Under the pieces are notes generated by a model. That model ran no database searches, had not been told where the DNA came from, and saw only the letters and a program-made list of their open reading frames with translations. From an uncultured candidatus Porisulfidus sp. (lineage in GTDB: Bacteria > Pseudomonadota > Gammaproteobacteria > Poriferisulfidales > Poriferisulfidaceae): a DNA stretch of 64,000 bases. The stretch lies in contig OZ220480.1 of assembly GCA_965116025.1 (NCBI GenBank), forward strand, positions 960,001 through 1,024,000, read 5' to 3'. Below, one piece after another: positions 40,478 through 51,056 of the stretch (positions are counted from its first letter, which is position 1; each line of letters opens with the position of its first letter). A program made the position numbers and the translations under genes.

Positions 40478-41132
40478 GCCCATGATTCGGAACGCGATCC
40501 AGGCGGCGCTGATGGCGGCGGACGGTCCATTGTCCGTGGACGCCTTGCTGAAACTGTTCGGCGCGCGCGAGAGCCTGTCCCGAAAGGAGGTGACGGAGGC
40601 TCTGGACGAGCTCGCGCGCGAGTGCGAGGGGCGGAGCTTCTCGCTGACGCGGGTGGCCAGCGGCTGGCGCTACCAGATCGATCAGGATTACGCCGCGGTC
40701 ATCGGGCGCCTCTGGGAGCAGCGTCCCCCTCGCTATTCCCAAGCTTTGCTGGAGACGCTGGCGTTGATCGTCTATCGGCAGCCGATCACGCGCGGCGAGA
40801 TCGAGCGGGTGCGCGGAGTCGCGCCCAGCACTAGCATCATGCAGACGCTGACCGAGCGCAACTGGGTGCGCGTGGTCGGCTACAAGCAGGTGCCGGGCCG
40901 CCCGGCGCTGTACGGCACGACCCGGGAATTCCTGGACTATTTTTGCTTGAAAAGCCTGAAGGACCTTCCGCCGCTACCGGAGCCGCGCTCGCGGGAAGAA
41001 GTGGACCCGCAGATGAAAATCCAGGAGGCGTTCCAAACCAAGCCAAATCTGGACCCGGGTCAGGCCGACGCCGCGGTTCCGGAACCTCGGGAAGATGGCT
41101 CGGCTCCAGGCCTTCCGGAAGAAGCGACCTGA
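40470..41132 (+). CDS. scpB: segregation and condensation protein B
   Basis: LETLALIVYRQPITRGEIE, PGRPALYGTT. Confidence 0.93.
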   Translation: MPEPMIRNAIQAALMAADGPLSVDALLKLFGARESLSRKEVTEALDELARECEGRSFSLTRVASGWRYQIDQDYAAVIGRLWEQRPPRYSQALLETLALIVYRQPITRGEIERVRGVAPSTSIMQTLTERNWVRVVGYKQVPGRPALYGTTREFLDYFCLKSLKDLPPLPEPRSREEVDPQMKIQEAFQTKPNLDPGQADAAVPEPREDGSAPGLPEEAT

Positions 41133-41133
41133 C

Positions 41134-42003
41134 GTGTCGGGCAGCCCTCCGACGCGCCTCCAGAAACTCATCGCCCAAGCGGGGCTCGCCTCGCGCCGCG
41201 AGGCCGAGACGTGGATCAAGGAGGGAAGAGTCCAGGTCAACGGCAGGTTGGCCAGACTCGGAGACCGGGCCGTTTCGGATGACGAGGTGACGGTCGACGG
41301 GCGACCGATCCCGGAGGGCGAGAAGGCTTGCTTGGCGTTGGCTTATCACAAGCCCGTTGGGCAAATCACCAGTCGATCCGACCCACAGGGCCGCCCGACG
41401 GTTTTCGACGCGCTTCCCGAGCCTCCGCGGGGGCGCTGGATCGCCGTCGGGCGGCTGGATTTTCAGACTTCGGGTTTATTGCTGCTGACGACCGACGGGC
41501 AGCTGGCGAATCGCCTCATGCACCCGGGCGGACAGGTTCAGCGCCGCTATTTGGCTCGGGTCCGAGGCGAGCCGAGCCGGGAGCAGCTGGAACGCCTGGT
41601 CGCGGGCGTGCGACTGGAGGACGGGGTGGCGCGGTTCGAATACGCGCGCGCGAAGCGGGGCGAGGGGCGCAATCGCTGGCACGAGGTCGCTTTGCGCGAG
41701 GGGCGCAACCGCGAGGTGCGCAGGCTGTGGCGGGCGGTTGGCCTGGAAGTCGGACGCCTGATACGGATCGGTTATGGGCCGATCTCATTGTCCCGAGACC
41801 ATGCCGCGGGTGAGGCGCGTTGGCTGTCCGCCAAGGAAGTTCGGGCGTTGCGGGAAATCCGCGACGACGCGCGAGGGGGAGAGACGACGGTCAGAATGCC
41901 GACTGAATCCGTTCGTGGCAGGGCCGGGGATCATCGTCGGCTTGATCGGGGTTCCGAATCAAGGCGCGCAAGCGCTCCACCGCGTCCTCGAAGTCGTCAT
42001 TGA
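41134..42003 (+). CDS. rluB: 23S rRNA pseudouridine synthase (RluB-like)
   Basis: S4 domain RLQKLIA, VGRLD, EGRNREVRR. Confidence 0.85.
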   Translation: MSGSPPTRLQKLIAQAGLASRREAETWIKEGRVQVNGRLARLGDRAVSDDEVTVDGRPIPEGEKACLALAYHKPVGQITSRSDPQGRPTVFDALPEPPRGRWIAVGRLDFQTSGLLLLTTDGQLANRLMHPGGQVQRRYLARVRGEPSREQLERLVAGVRLEDGVARFEYARAKRGEGRNRWHEVALREGRNREVRRLWRAVGLEVGRLIRIGYGPISLSRDHAAGEARWLSAKEVRALREIRDDARGGETTVRMPTESVRGRAGDHRRLDRGSESRRASAPPRPRSRH

Positions 42004-42499
42004 TCACGCAGTGCTCGAATTCCTGACAGCGCAGGATGTCAGAACGGGCCTGGGCTAGTCGCCGGGCGATTACGTGATCGGCGTCGGCGCCTCGGTCGCG
42101 CAGGCGCGCTTCCAGCGCCGCGAGAGAAGGCGGCAGAATGAAGATTCCGATGGCCTCGGGCGCTTTCCGTCGCACCAGCCGCGCGCCTTGCCAGTCGATC
42201 TCGAGAATCACGTCCAGATTCTCGCTCCGAAGTCGCTCCACCTCCGCGCGCGCGGTCCCGTACAGATGATCGAACACTTCCGCGCGCTCCAGAAATCCGT
42301 CCCGCTCGGCGATTCGCCCGAATTCCTCGGGCGTGACGAAGTGGTAATCCACCCCGTCTTTCTCTCCCTTTCGCATCGGGCGAGTCGTGTGGGAGACGCT
42401 GACCGCGAGACGTTCCTCCCGGCGCAGAAGCTCGCGGAGCAGGGAAGTCTTGCCGGCTCCGGACGGAGCGGTCACGATGAACAGTCGGCCCTCACTCAT
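41891..42499 (-). CDS. gmk: guanylate kinase
   Basis: APSGAGKTS, SHTTR, LEIDWQGA. Confidence 0.95.
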   Translation of the reverse strand: MSEGRLFIVTAPSGAGKTSLLRELLRREERLAVSVSHTTRPMRKGEKDGVDYHFVTPEEFGRIAERDGFLERAEVFDHLYGTARAEVERLRSENLDVILEIDWQGARLVRRKAPEAIGIFILPPSLAALEARLRDRGADADHVIARRLAQARSDILRCQEFEHCVINDDFEDAVERLRALIRNPDQADDDPRPCHERIQSAF

Positions 42500-43385
42500 C
42501 GGTCTTCGCGCTGGAGGATTTCGGTTCTGGAGCGGAATCGGATTCCACGGTGTCCAGCTCCGCGTCCATTTCCTCTTCGCTCATGGGCCGAAACCGATTC
42601 TCTTCGGGAGCCTCGTCTCGTTTTCGGACCACGATCCTCGAGAATAGAATGCCGATCTCGTACAGCAACCACACCGGGATGGCGAGCAGGGTTTGGGAGA
42701 TGACGTCCGGTGGCGTCAGCAGCATGCCGATGACGAACGCGCCCACGATCACGTAGGGTCGAGCCTCGCGCAGGCGCTCGGGAGTGGTGAATCCCAAGAA
42801 GACCATGGCGACCGTGATGATCGGGACCTCGAACGCGATCCCGAAAGCCAAGAAAATCTTGACCACGAAATCCAAAAAGCGGTTAATGTCGGTCATGACC
42901 GCGACGCCCTCCGGCGCCGTGCTGACGAAGAAGCCGAACGCGAGCGGAAACACCACGAAATAGGCGAACGCCATGCCAAGATAGAACAGGACGATGCTGG
43001 ACAGAAGCACGGGACCTGCCAGGCGCTTCTCGCGCCGGTACAATCCCGGCGCGGCGAAGGCCCAAGCCTGATAGAGGGTGTACGGCACGGTGATCGTCAG
43101 CGCCAGCAACAGGGTGAGCTTGAACGGGGCGAGAAACGGAGAGGCCACGTCGATGGCGACCATCGTATGGCCTTCCGCGAGGCTGTCGAGCAACGGCGCG
43201 GCCAGCATGGTGTACAGCGTGTTGGCGAATGGCAATAACGCCAGCAACGCGACGCCGACCACGATCAGAGCGCGCAACAGACGGTCGCGCAGCTCGATCA
43301 GATGACCCAGAAAGGGCCGTTCTGGATCAGTTTTCTTCACGGCGCGGCGCGGCCCGCTCGCGAGCGGGGGCTTCTGACTGGACAT
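42492..43385 (-). CDS. tatC: Tat translocase TatC
   Basis: HLIELRDRL, APGLY, AFEVP, TPPDVISQ. Confidence 0.95.
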   Translation of the reverse strand: MSSQKPPLASGPRRAVKKTDPERPFLGHLIELRDRLLRALIVVGVALLALLPFANTLYTMLAAPLLDSLAEGHTMVAIDVASPFLAPFKLTLLLALTITVPYTLYQAWAFAAPGLYRREKRLAGPVLLSSIVLFYLGMAFAYFVVFPLAFGFFVSTAPEGVAVMTDINRFLDFVVKIFLAFGIAFEVPIITVAMVFLGFTTPERLREARPYVIVGAFVIGMLLTPPDVISQTLLAIPVWLLYEIGILFSRIVVRKRDEAPEENRFRPMSEEEMDAELDTVESDSAPEPKSSSAKTDE

Positions 43386-43683
43386 CGCCCCGCTCTTCAA
43401 GCTGTTTCTCGATCGCGTCGACCAGGGGGGCGTCCGAGTCATCCTGATTCTGGACGATATCGCGCAATTCCTTGATTTCGTTTTGCTGTTGGCGCAGGAC
43501 TTCCTTGAGCTCTTCGGCCTGCAACTCCTGCTGGACGCTCTGGCGAAACTGGTGGGAGAGGCGCCGAAGGTTTCCCAGCCATTCGCCCACTTGAGCGGCG
43601 ACTCGGGGCAGGCGTTTGGGTCCGACCACGATCAGGCCCACGAGCATGACCAGAATCAGTTCCCAGAATCCAAAATCAAACAT
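43327..43683 (-). CDS. tatB: Tat translocase TatB
   Basis: MFDFGFWEL..VVGPKRLP. Confidence 0.9.
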   Translation of the reverse strand: MFDFGFWELILVMLVGLIVVGPKRLPRVAAQVGEWLGNLRRLSHQFRQSVQQELQAEELKEVLRQQQNEIKELRDIVQNQDDSDAPLVDAIEKQLEERGDVQSEAPARERAAPRREEN

Positions 43684-43867
43684 GGCCAAGAGCCCGTCAC
43701 GACAAGTCCGCGCCTCAATATTATGACGCGCAATGGTTCCAGGGGAAACGTCGTCTCGGTTTTGAGCGTATGGGAGGGGAGATTCCGGCCTCGCCATCAA
43801 GGTTTCGGTGGCGATTGTTGTACAATTCTCCACCACGTATTTAACTCATCGTAATGAGGTGACCCAG

Positions 43868-46800
43868 ATGAAAGCCAGTCTTTCCGTTTCCAATATCATC
43901 CGCGCCGCGCTTCGCGGGGCTTCGTCGTCTTCCCGCATAGGGGGGGGGGGGGGGGGCATAGCCTCCATTTCCTGACCGTTCTGGCCGGATTCACGGCCAT
44001 TCTCGCGGTTCCGCACTCCGCCGTCGCGGTGAACGAGTGCGGCGCTACCAGCCCGGTCACCTGCGGCGACGCGAGTTACACCTCCACTAGCGACTCCCCG
44101 ATCAAGTATGAGAATCGGACCGGGGGGCTGACCTTGACCGTGAAGCCTTCCGGGGCGGGCACGGTCACCATCACTTCCAAGAAGCTTCCCGCGGACGATA
44201 CCGAGGAGTTCCCGGGGATCCACCTGGATGGGGAAGGCACCCTGAAAGTCGTTCTGGATGGCACCGTGAAAGTCGTGAACGGAGTGCCCCGAACGACGGT
44301 GGAGGCCACGTACGACGGAGAGAAGCAATCGTTCATTCGCCCGGAGCACAAGCGTGGTTCGCAAAACGACGGGGTGTACGTGGCGTACGACAAGGATGAC
44401 GACGCGGGGACAACGAAGGGCATGGTGGAGGTGATGGTGGGGAAGGGCGCGATGATCGGGAGCGCGACGGTGCCGGCGGGACGGTACGGGGTTCACGCCG
44501 CGTTCGTGGACGCGGACGGCGGCGGTTATCCGGCCGGGAAGCTCAAGGTGACGAACTCGGGGGAGATCTACGGTCATTTCGCGGGGATTTACGCGAAGCA
44601 CGACGGGGCGGGGGACATCGAGATCGAGACGTCGGAGGGGAGCGTGACGTCGATGGGGATCCGGGCGATCTCGAACAAGGCGAACCAAGCGGGTCGGGGC
44701 GGGAACGTCACGATTCGCCATCATGGCGCGATCATGGTGAAGAATCCGCCCCGGTACGCGGACGAGATCATGACGACGGGCGCGCTGACGACGGCCACGC
44801 CGGTGGAGATGGACAAAGTCAGCTTTGCCGACCGGCACCGAGCCGGGATCTACGTGGAGCATTGGGAAAAGGATGCGCCCACGGGCGCGAAGCCGAGCAG
44901 CTCGATCCTAGTCCAGTCGAGCGGTGATATCACCGCTTATGAGAACGGTAGCAAGGGCAGAAGCGCCATTTACGTCATCACGCGGGGAGCCTCCGGTTCC
45001 GTCGTGCCGGTCACGGTCGACGTGACGGGGGGCGTTCTGAGGGGGAGTGAATCGTTCGGGATTTACGTCTATCACGGGAACCACAAAGGCGGTTTGATCA
45101 AGGTGGACCTGGCGGGCGAGATCGCCCGGACGGGGAGCGGGATGAGGAACGGGAAGGATGGGATCGGGCTTTACCGGGGCTCCACGGTCGATCACGACGT
45201 CTCGGTTAATCGGGACATTGAGGTGACGCTGAGGTCCGGCGCGCGGATCGGAATGGAGGGAGACGAGCCGACCGTGGTCAGGGATGGCGTGAACGTTCGC
45301 CAGCAAGCGGACGGTGGGACGATCCGGGTGACCATCTCCGAGGGGGCGAGGATCGGGACTACGGGGACTCCGGTTGGCAGGCACGGCGTGTTCACTGATA
45401 CGGTCAACGCTGATGACGAGACTGACATCATGGTCACCAACGAAGGCTTCATCCACGCGAAGGGCTCGGGGATGGCCGCTTTGAATCTCGGTTGGGGCGA
45501 CGTGGTCGCGAAGCACTTGAAAGGCGAGATCGTCGTGGTCGACGCGCGCGATATCTTGGAATCCTTGATATCGGAGGATCACAAGCCGCAACTGGCGGAC
45601 CTGAAAGGCAGAACCGCCGGCGTTCTCGCCGTTCATGGGGGTGAGCGACCCCAAGCGGCTTCCGACGAGACGGCGGCCGACTATCGAGACCCTTCCACCT
45701 ACGAGGCCAAGATCGGGAAGATCGAGATCACGTCGAAAGCGGACATCACGTCGAAGGGCGACGGCATTCTCGCCTATGTGAAGGACTTGGACGACACGGC
45801 GGGGATACAGGGCATTGAGACGATCGTCCCGATCATGATCGATGTTTCAGGCGGAACGATCACGGCGGATGGGTATGGCGTGTACGCGGAGACGGCCACC
45901 ACCTACGAGGACGAGGACGCGCCGAAAGCCGGGAAGATTGAGGTCACGGTGGGAGAGATGGCGACGATCCGGGCCAAGAAGGATGGCGTTCACGTCAAGG
46001 GCAAGCGAACCTTCGCGTCCGACCACGCCCGGGCGGGTGAACACGACCAGACGGTCACGATCAACGGCAAGGTGATGGGCGGCGGTGGAGACCACGCCGG
46101 CGTTCGGATGGTGAACGGCGGGACGCTGGTGGTTGGGCCGAAGGCGAAGGTGGAGGCGGTGTCCGGGACCGCGGTGAGGTCGGACGGGGGGCTGACCATC
46201 ACCATGAAGAAGGACGCGGTCGGACGCATCGGCTACGTCAAGGGGAAGATGCTCAACAGTGGAACGACGACCTTCGATGGGGTGAAGGTGGGCGGGGAGT
46301 ACGCGCTCAGCCCGGGCCTCGAGACGCGCGGCGTGTACGACATTTCCAGAGTCACCCTGAAGACGATCGAGGGCGGGCACCAGTTCGAGGAGTCGGGTCG
46401 GGCGTATCACGCCCGGGCTCGGGTGTACGAGGCGTTGCCGTCGGTGCTGCTGGAGATGAGCGCGCCGGGCGGTCGTCAGGCGCGCTTGTCGGCGACGCGG
46501 GACGGCGCGGGCGTTTGGGCGCGGGTCATGGCGAGCGACGGCGAGCGCGAGGCGGATATGTCCACGACGGCGATGGACACGGCGGGGCATGATCTGTCTT
46601 GGGACTTCGAGCGCTGGGGCGTGGAGACGGGCATCGTCGTCCCCACGGACTTGCCGGGCGTGACGTTGGGCGCGAGCGCGCACTACCGTGACGGCGAGGC
46701 GGACGTCAAGCGTGGCGGGAAGATTGAGGTCTCGGGCGTGGGCGTGGGAGCTTCGGCGACCTGGCGGGGTGAGGACGGCTGGTACGCGGACGGGGAGCTC

Positions 46801-47310
46801 TCGTACACGCGTTTCGAGGACATTGATTTGAGTTCGGAGGCGCGTGGGATGGTGGCGTCCGGTCTGGACGGAGAGGGTCACGCGATCGGCGTGGAGGTCG
46901 GCAGGCGCATGGAGATGGACGGCTTCGCGCTGGTTCCGCGCGGGGGATTGACGTGGACTTGGGCGGACATTGACGGCTTCGACGACGTTTCGGGTGTCGA
47001 TGGGAGCGGTCAGGTGTCGTTCCGCTCCGAGGACAGCGTGCGCGCGCGGATCGGGGCGTTATTGGAGAACGGCCAGACGTACGCGTCATTGGACGTGGAG
47101 CGTGAGTTCTCGGAGAGTCGGGAGGCGATGGCGTCGGGAGCGCATCTGCGCTCGGAAGCGGAGTCCACGTGGGCGCGGATTGGCGTCGGGGGCGTGATGG
47201 TCTTGGATGAGAAGGGAGAGTCGACGCTCTCGGGGGACGCTCACTACGCGGCGTCGGATGGCGACAATCATGATTACGGCGCGAGCGTCCTGCTGAAGGT
47301 TCGCTTCTGA
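43868..47310 (+). CDS. autotransporter/adhesin paralog 1, frameshifted at poly-G
   Basis: RBS GAGGTG + ATG 43868; signal peptide ending AVA needs G15/G18; beta-rich passenger; C-terminal barrel (GVWAR..LVPRGGL..KVRF). Confidence 0.8.
43940..43956 (+). repeat. poly-G tract (G17)
   Basis: Counted directly. Confidence 0.9.
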
Positions 47311-47321
47311 TGGGTTGTGAT

Positions 47322-47352
47322 CGCGGCCCCGGCGTTTCAAGCCGGGGCCGCG
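47322..47352. terminator. GC hairpin after autotransporter 1
   Basis: CGCGGCCCCGGC..GCCGGGGCCGCG; no clear U-tract. Confidence 0.5.
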
Positions 47353-47682
47353 TCAACCGCGCGCTTCGAAAGCCTTGGCGAGGCGCCAAGCCGCGGGCTC
47401 GCATGGTCGCGCGACCCAAACCGAGCATGATGGTCCGCTGTGAACTGATGACCGGGTTCCCCGACGCTATCACCGCCGTATCCGCTATCTGATCAGTTGG
47501 GCGCTACTCGGCCACTCGCTACTTTCGTCTCAACGCTGAGCTGACGCTCTCGTCAAGTCAGTGGAAAGGCGGCAATTGGGAAGCTGCCGAAGATCATCTG
47601 GGTTTTCAAGATTTTCTGATTCAGCGGTAGCGTTCGCGTCCGCGCGGAAATGTGGGTGCTCTTTCTCATGGCCTAAATGCCG

Positions 47683-48011
47683 TCACGTTTCACGTCGAGC
47701 TTTCTCTTCCAGCCCCGAGGTTCCGAAACGACGGCGCAATTCCTCTAGAACGTCGCGAGCGTCAAGGTCGCGCGAAGCTAGCAGGACCAAGGTGTGAAAC
47801 CACAGGTCCGCGACCTCATGCACGAGATGCTCGCGCTCGGCTTCGGCCGCCGCCACCGTCTCGGCCGCCTCTTCGGTGATTTTTGCCGTGATGGCGGGAG
47901 TTCCATCTCGATACAGCGCGGCGACGTAGGAGCGGTCGGGATCAGCCTCGCGGCGTTTCCGGAGCGTCTCCATCAATCGTTCCAAAACGCGTTCGGTATC
48001 GTCCGCTGAAT

Positions 48012-48015
<4 letters not shown>
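47683..48015 (-). CDS. hisE: phosphoribosyl-ATP diphosphatase
   Basis: [31 protein letters not shown]. Confidence 0.93.
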
Positions 48016-48784
<769 letters not shown>

Positions 48785-48785
<1 letters not shown>

Positions 48786-49513
48786 CACGTGGCGGTCAGC
48801 GCCAGCGCCTGTTTGAGGTCAATGCTTCCTTCGTACAGGGCGCGCCCGATGATGGCGCCGCTGATGCCTTCGTCGGCGACGGCCTGAAGGGCCTTAATGT
48901 CGTCCAAGGCGCTAACGCCGCCGGACGCGATGATGGGAATGGGAAGGGCTTGGGCGAGCGCGACGGTGGATTCCACGTTGACCCCCTTCATCATGCCGTC
49001 CCGGCTGATGTCGGTGAAGATGATGGAAGCGACTCCTTCCTGAACGAAATGCTGGGCCAGATCGATGGCGTCGTGGTGGGACAGCTTGGACCAGCCGTCG
49101 GTGGCCACCTTGCCGTCCTTCGCGTCCAGCCCGACGATGATGTGGCCAGGGAATTCCAGGCATAGCTCTTCCACGAAATGGGGCTCGCGCACGGCGCGGG
49201 TGCCGATCACGGTGTAGCGGACCCCGATATCCAGATAGGTCTGGATGGCCTCCTCGCTTCGGATGCCGCCGCCGACCTGGATCGGGACGCCCGAGTGCTC
49301 CCGCGCGATTCGCTCAATGATCGAGATGTTGGCGGGCCGGCCTTCCCGGGCACCGTCCAGATCCACGATGTGCAGTCGTCGCGCGCCTTGGTCGATCCAG
49401 CGTCGCGCCATGCCGACGGGATCGTCCGAGAATATGGTCTCGTCGTCCATCCGCCCTTGGCGCAGGCGCACGCATCGCCCTTCCTTGATGTCGATCGCTG
49501 GGATGATTAGCAT
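48785..49513 (-). CDS. hisA: ProFAR isomerase
   Basis: [22 protein letters not shown]. Confidence 0.96.
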
Positions 49514-49533
49514 GGCGTGTCCGCCTCAAGGGC

Positions 49534-50172
49534 TCAGCGCCGCCCATCCCAGTGCAGAAAATTCCGCAACAACGTCAGGCCGTGCTCCCCGCTTTTCTCG
49601 GGGTGGCTCTGCATGGCGAACATTCGATTCTTGGCGACCGCCGAAGCGAATCGCACGACGTAGTCAGTGCGACCGACGATGGCTGCCTGGTCGCGCGGGG
49701 CCGTGTAGTAGCTATGCACGAAATAGAAATAACTGTGATCGGGAACGTCCTCCCACAGCGGATGGGGAGCCTGCCCGATGCGATTCCAGCCCATGTGCGG
49801 AATTTTGAATCCTTCGCCTTTCTCGACATGCGGAGCGAACGCTCGCGTTCCGCCAGCGAGCATCCCCAGGCAATCGACCCCGTCGTTTTCCTCGCTGTAT
49901 TCCATCAGAATCTGCATGCCCATGCAAATTCCGAGAAAGGGGCGGTCCCGGGCCGCGTTCCGAACCGCTTCGGCTAGGCCTTTCTCGCGCAGGGCGAGCA
50001 TGCAGTGCCGGGCGGCGCCTTGGCCCGGGAACACGACTCGGTCCGCTTGCTCAATGACCGAGGGCTCGGTCGCGACTCGAACGTCCGTGGAGGGGCCCGC
50101 CAGGCGGCATAGCGCGTTATGCACGGAACGGATATTGCCGAAACTGAAATCGACGATGGCGACGGTCTGCAT
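49534..50172 (-). CDS. hisH: imidazole glycerol phosphate synthase glutaminase subunit
   Basis: PGQG, GICMGMQ, PHMGWN, YFVHSY, HPEKS. Confidence 0.95.
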   Translation of the reverse strand: MQTVAIVDFSFGNIRSVHNALCRLAGPSTDVRVATEPSVIEQADRVVFPGQGAARHCMLALREKGLAEAVRNAARDRPFLGICMGMQILMEYSEENDGVDCLGMLAGGTRAFAPHVEKGEGFKIPHMGWNRIGQAPHPLWEDVPDHSYFYFVHSYYTAPRDQAAIVGRTDYVVRFASAVAKNRMFAMQSHPEKSGEHGLTLLRNFLHWDGRR

Positions 50173-50193
50173 CGCGCGGCGGACAGTTCGTGG

Positions 50194-50784
50194 TTACAGC
50201 ACGCCTTTGGTCGAAGGGGTGCCGGTCTCCCGTGGATCCTGTTCCACGGCTATGCGCACGGCGCGGCCGAACGCCTTGAACGCGGTCTCGGCGATATGGT
50301 GGGCGTTGCTTCCGCGCAGGCCGTCGATATGCAGCGTGACCATGGCGTGGTTGGTGAATCCCTGAAAGAACTCGCGCACTAGATCTACGTCGAAATCCTG
50401 AATCCGAGCGCGCGGATACGGGACATGGTAGGTCAGGCCCGGGCGGCCGGAAAAATCGATGACGACCCGGGACAGCGCCTCGTCCAGAGGAACGTAGGCA
50501 TGACCGTAACGGCGGATGCCCTTCTTGTCGCCTAAAGCTTGTCGCGTGGCCTGGCCGAGCACGATGCCGATATCCTCGACGGTATGGTGCGCGTCGACCG
50601 AAAGGTCGCCGTCAGCTTGGACCTTGAGGTCCAGCAGGCCGTGGCGGGCGACCTGCTCCAGCATGTGCTCGAGAAAGGGGATTCCGGTCTGGAGGTCCGT
50701 TTGGCCGCTGCCGTCCAGATCGATCTCGATCTCGATCCGGGTCTCGCGGGTTTCGCGCTGAATGCGGGCGGTGCGGGCGCTCAT
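50194..50784 (-). CDS. hisB: imidazoleglycerol-phosphate dehydratase
   Basis: [26 protein letters not shown]. Confidence 0.96.
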   Translation of the reverse strand: MSARTARIQRETRETRIEIEIDLDGSGQTDLQTGIPFLEHMLEQVARHGLLDLKVQADGDLSVDAHHTVEDIGIVLGQATRQALGDKKGIRRYGHAYVPLDEALSRVVIDFSGRPGLTYHVPYPRARIQDFDVDLVREFFQGFTNHAMVTLHIDGLRGSNAHHIAETAFKAFGRAVRIAVEQDPRETGTPSTKGVL

Positions 50785-50852
50785 TGGAGGGTGAAGAGAT
50801 ACGGCGCGACTCCGCGCCATTCTACTATGCTCGCGGCGGGGAGGAACTAAGC

Positions 50853-50928
50853 TGGCGCGCCCGGCAGGATTCGAACCTGCGACCCCTGGCTCCGGAGGCC
50901 AGTGCTCTATCCACTGAGCCACGGGCGC
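50853..50928 (-). tRNA. tRNA-Arg(CCG)
   Basis: GCGCCCG acceptor stem, anticodon arm CTGGC-CTCCGGA-GCCAG, GGTTCGAATCC, encoded CCA; 76 nt. Confidence 0.95.
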
Positions 50929-51056
50929 GTCACAGGGCAATTATAGTGTCTCTTCCAAAGGTTCGCCCAATTCAACGCATATGCCGGAGGCGGCAAGATG
51001 TTTCCGGTCTGCTACAATTCCCCCGCGCATTTCACTTATCAAAAGAGGTGACCCAG

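Noticed and set aside
41891-42003. 113-bp convergent rluB/gmk overlap as an antisense system
   Set aside because: The rluB tail is low-complexity; most likely stop-codon drift in GC-rich DNA
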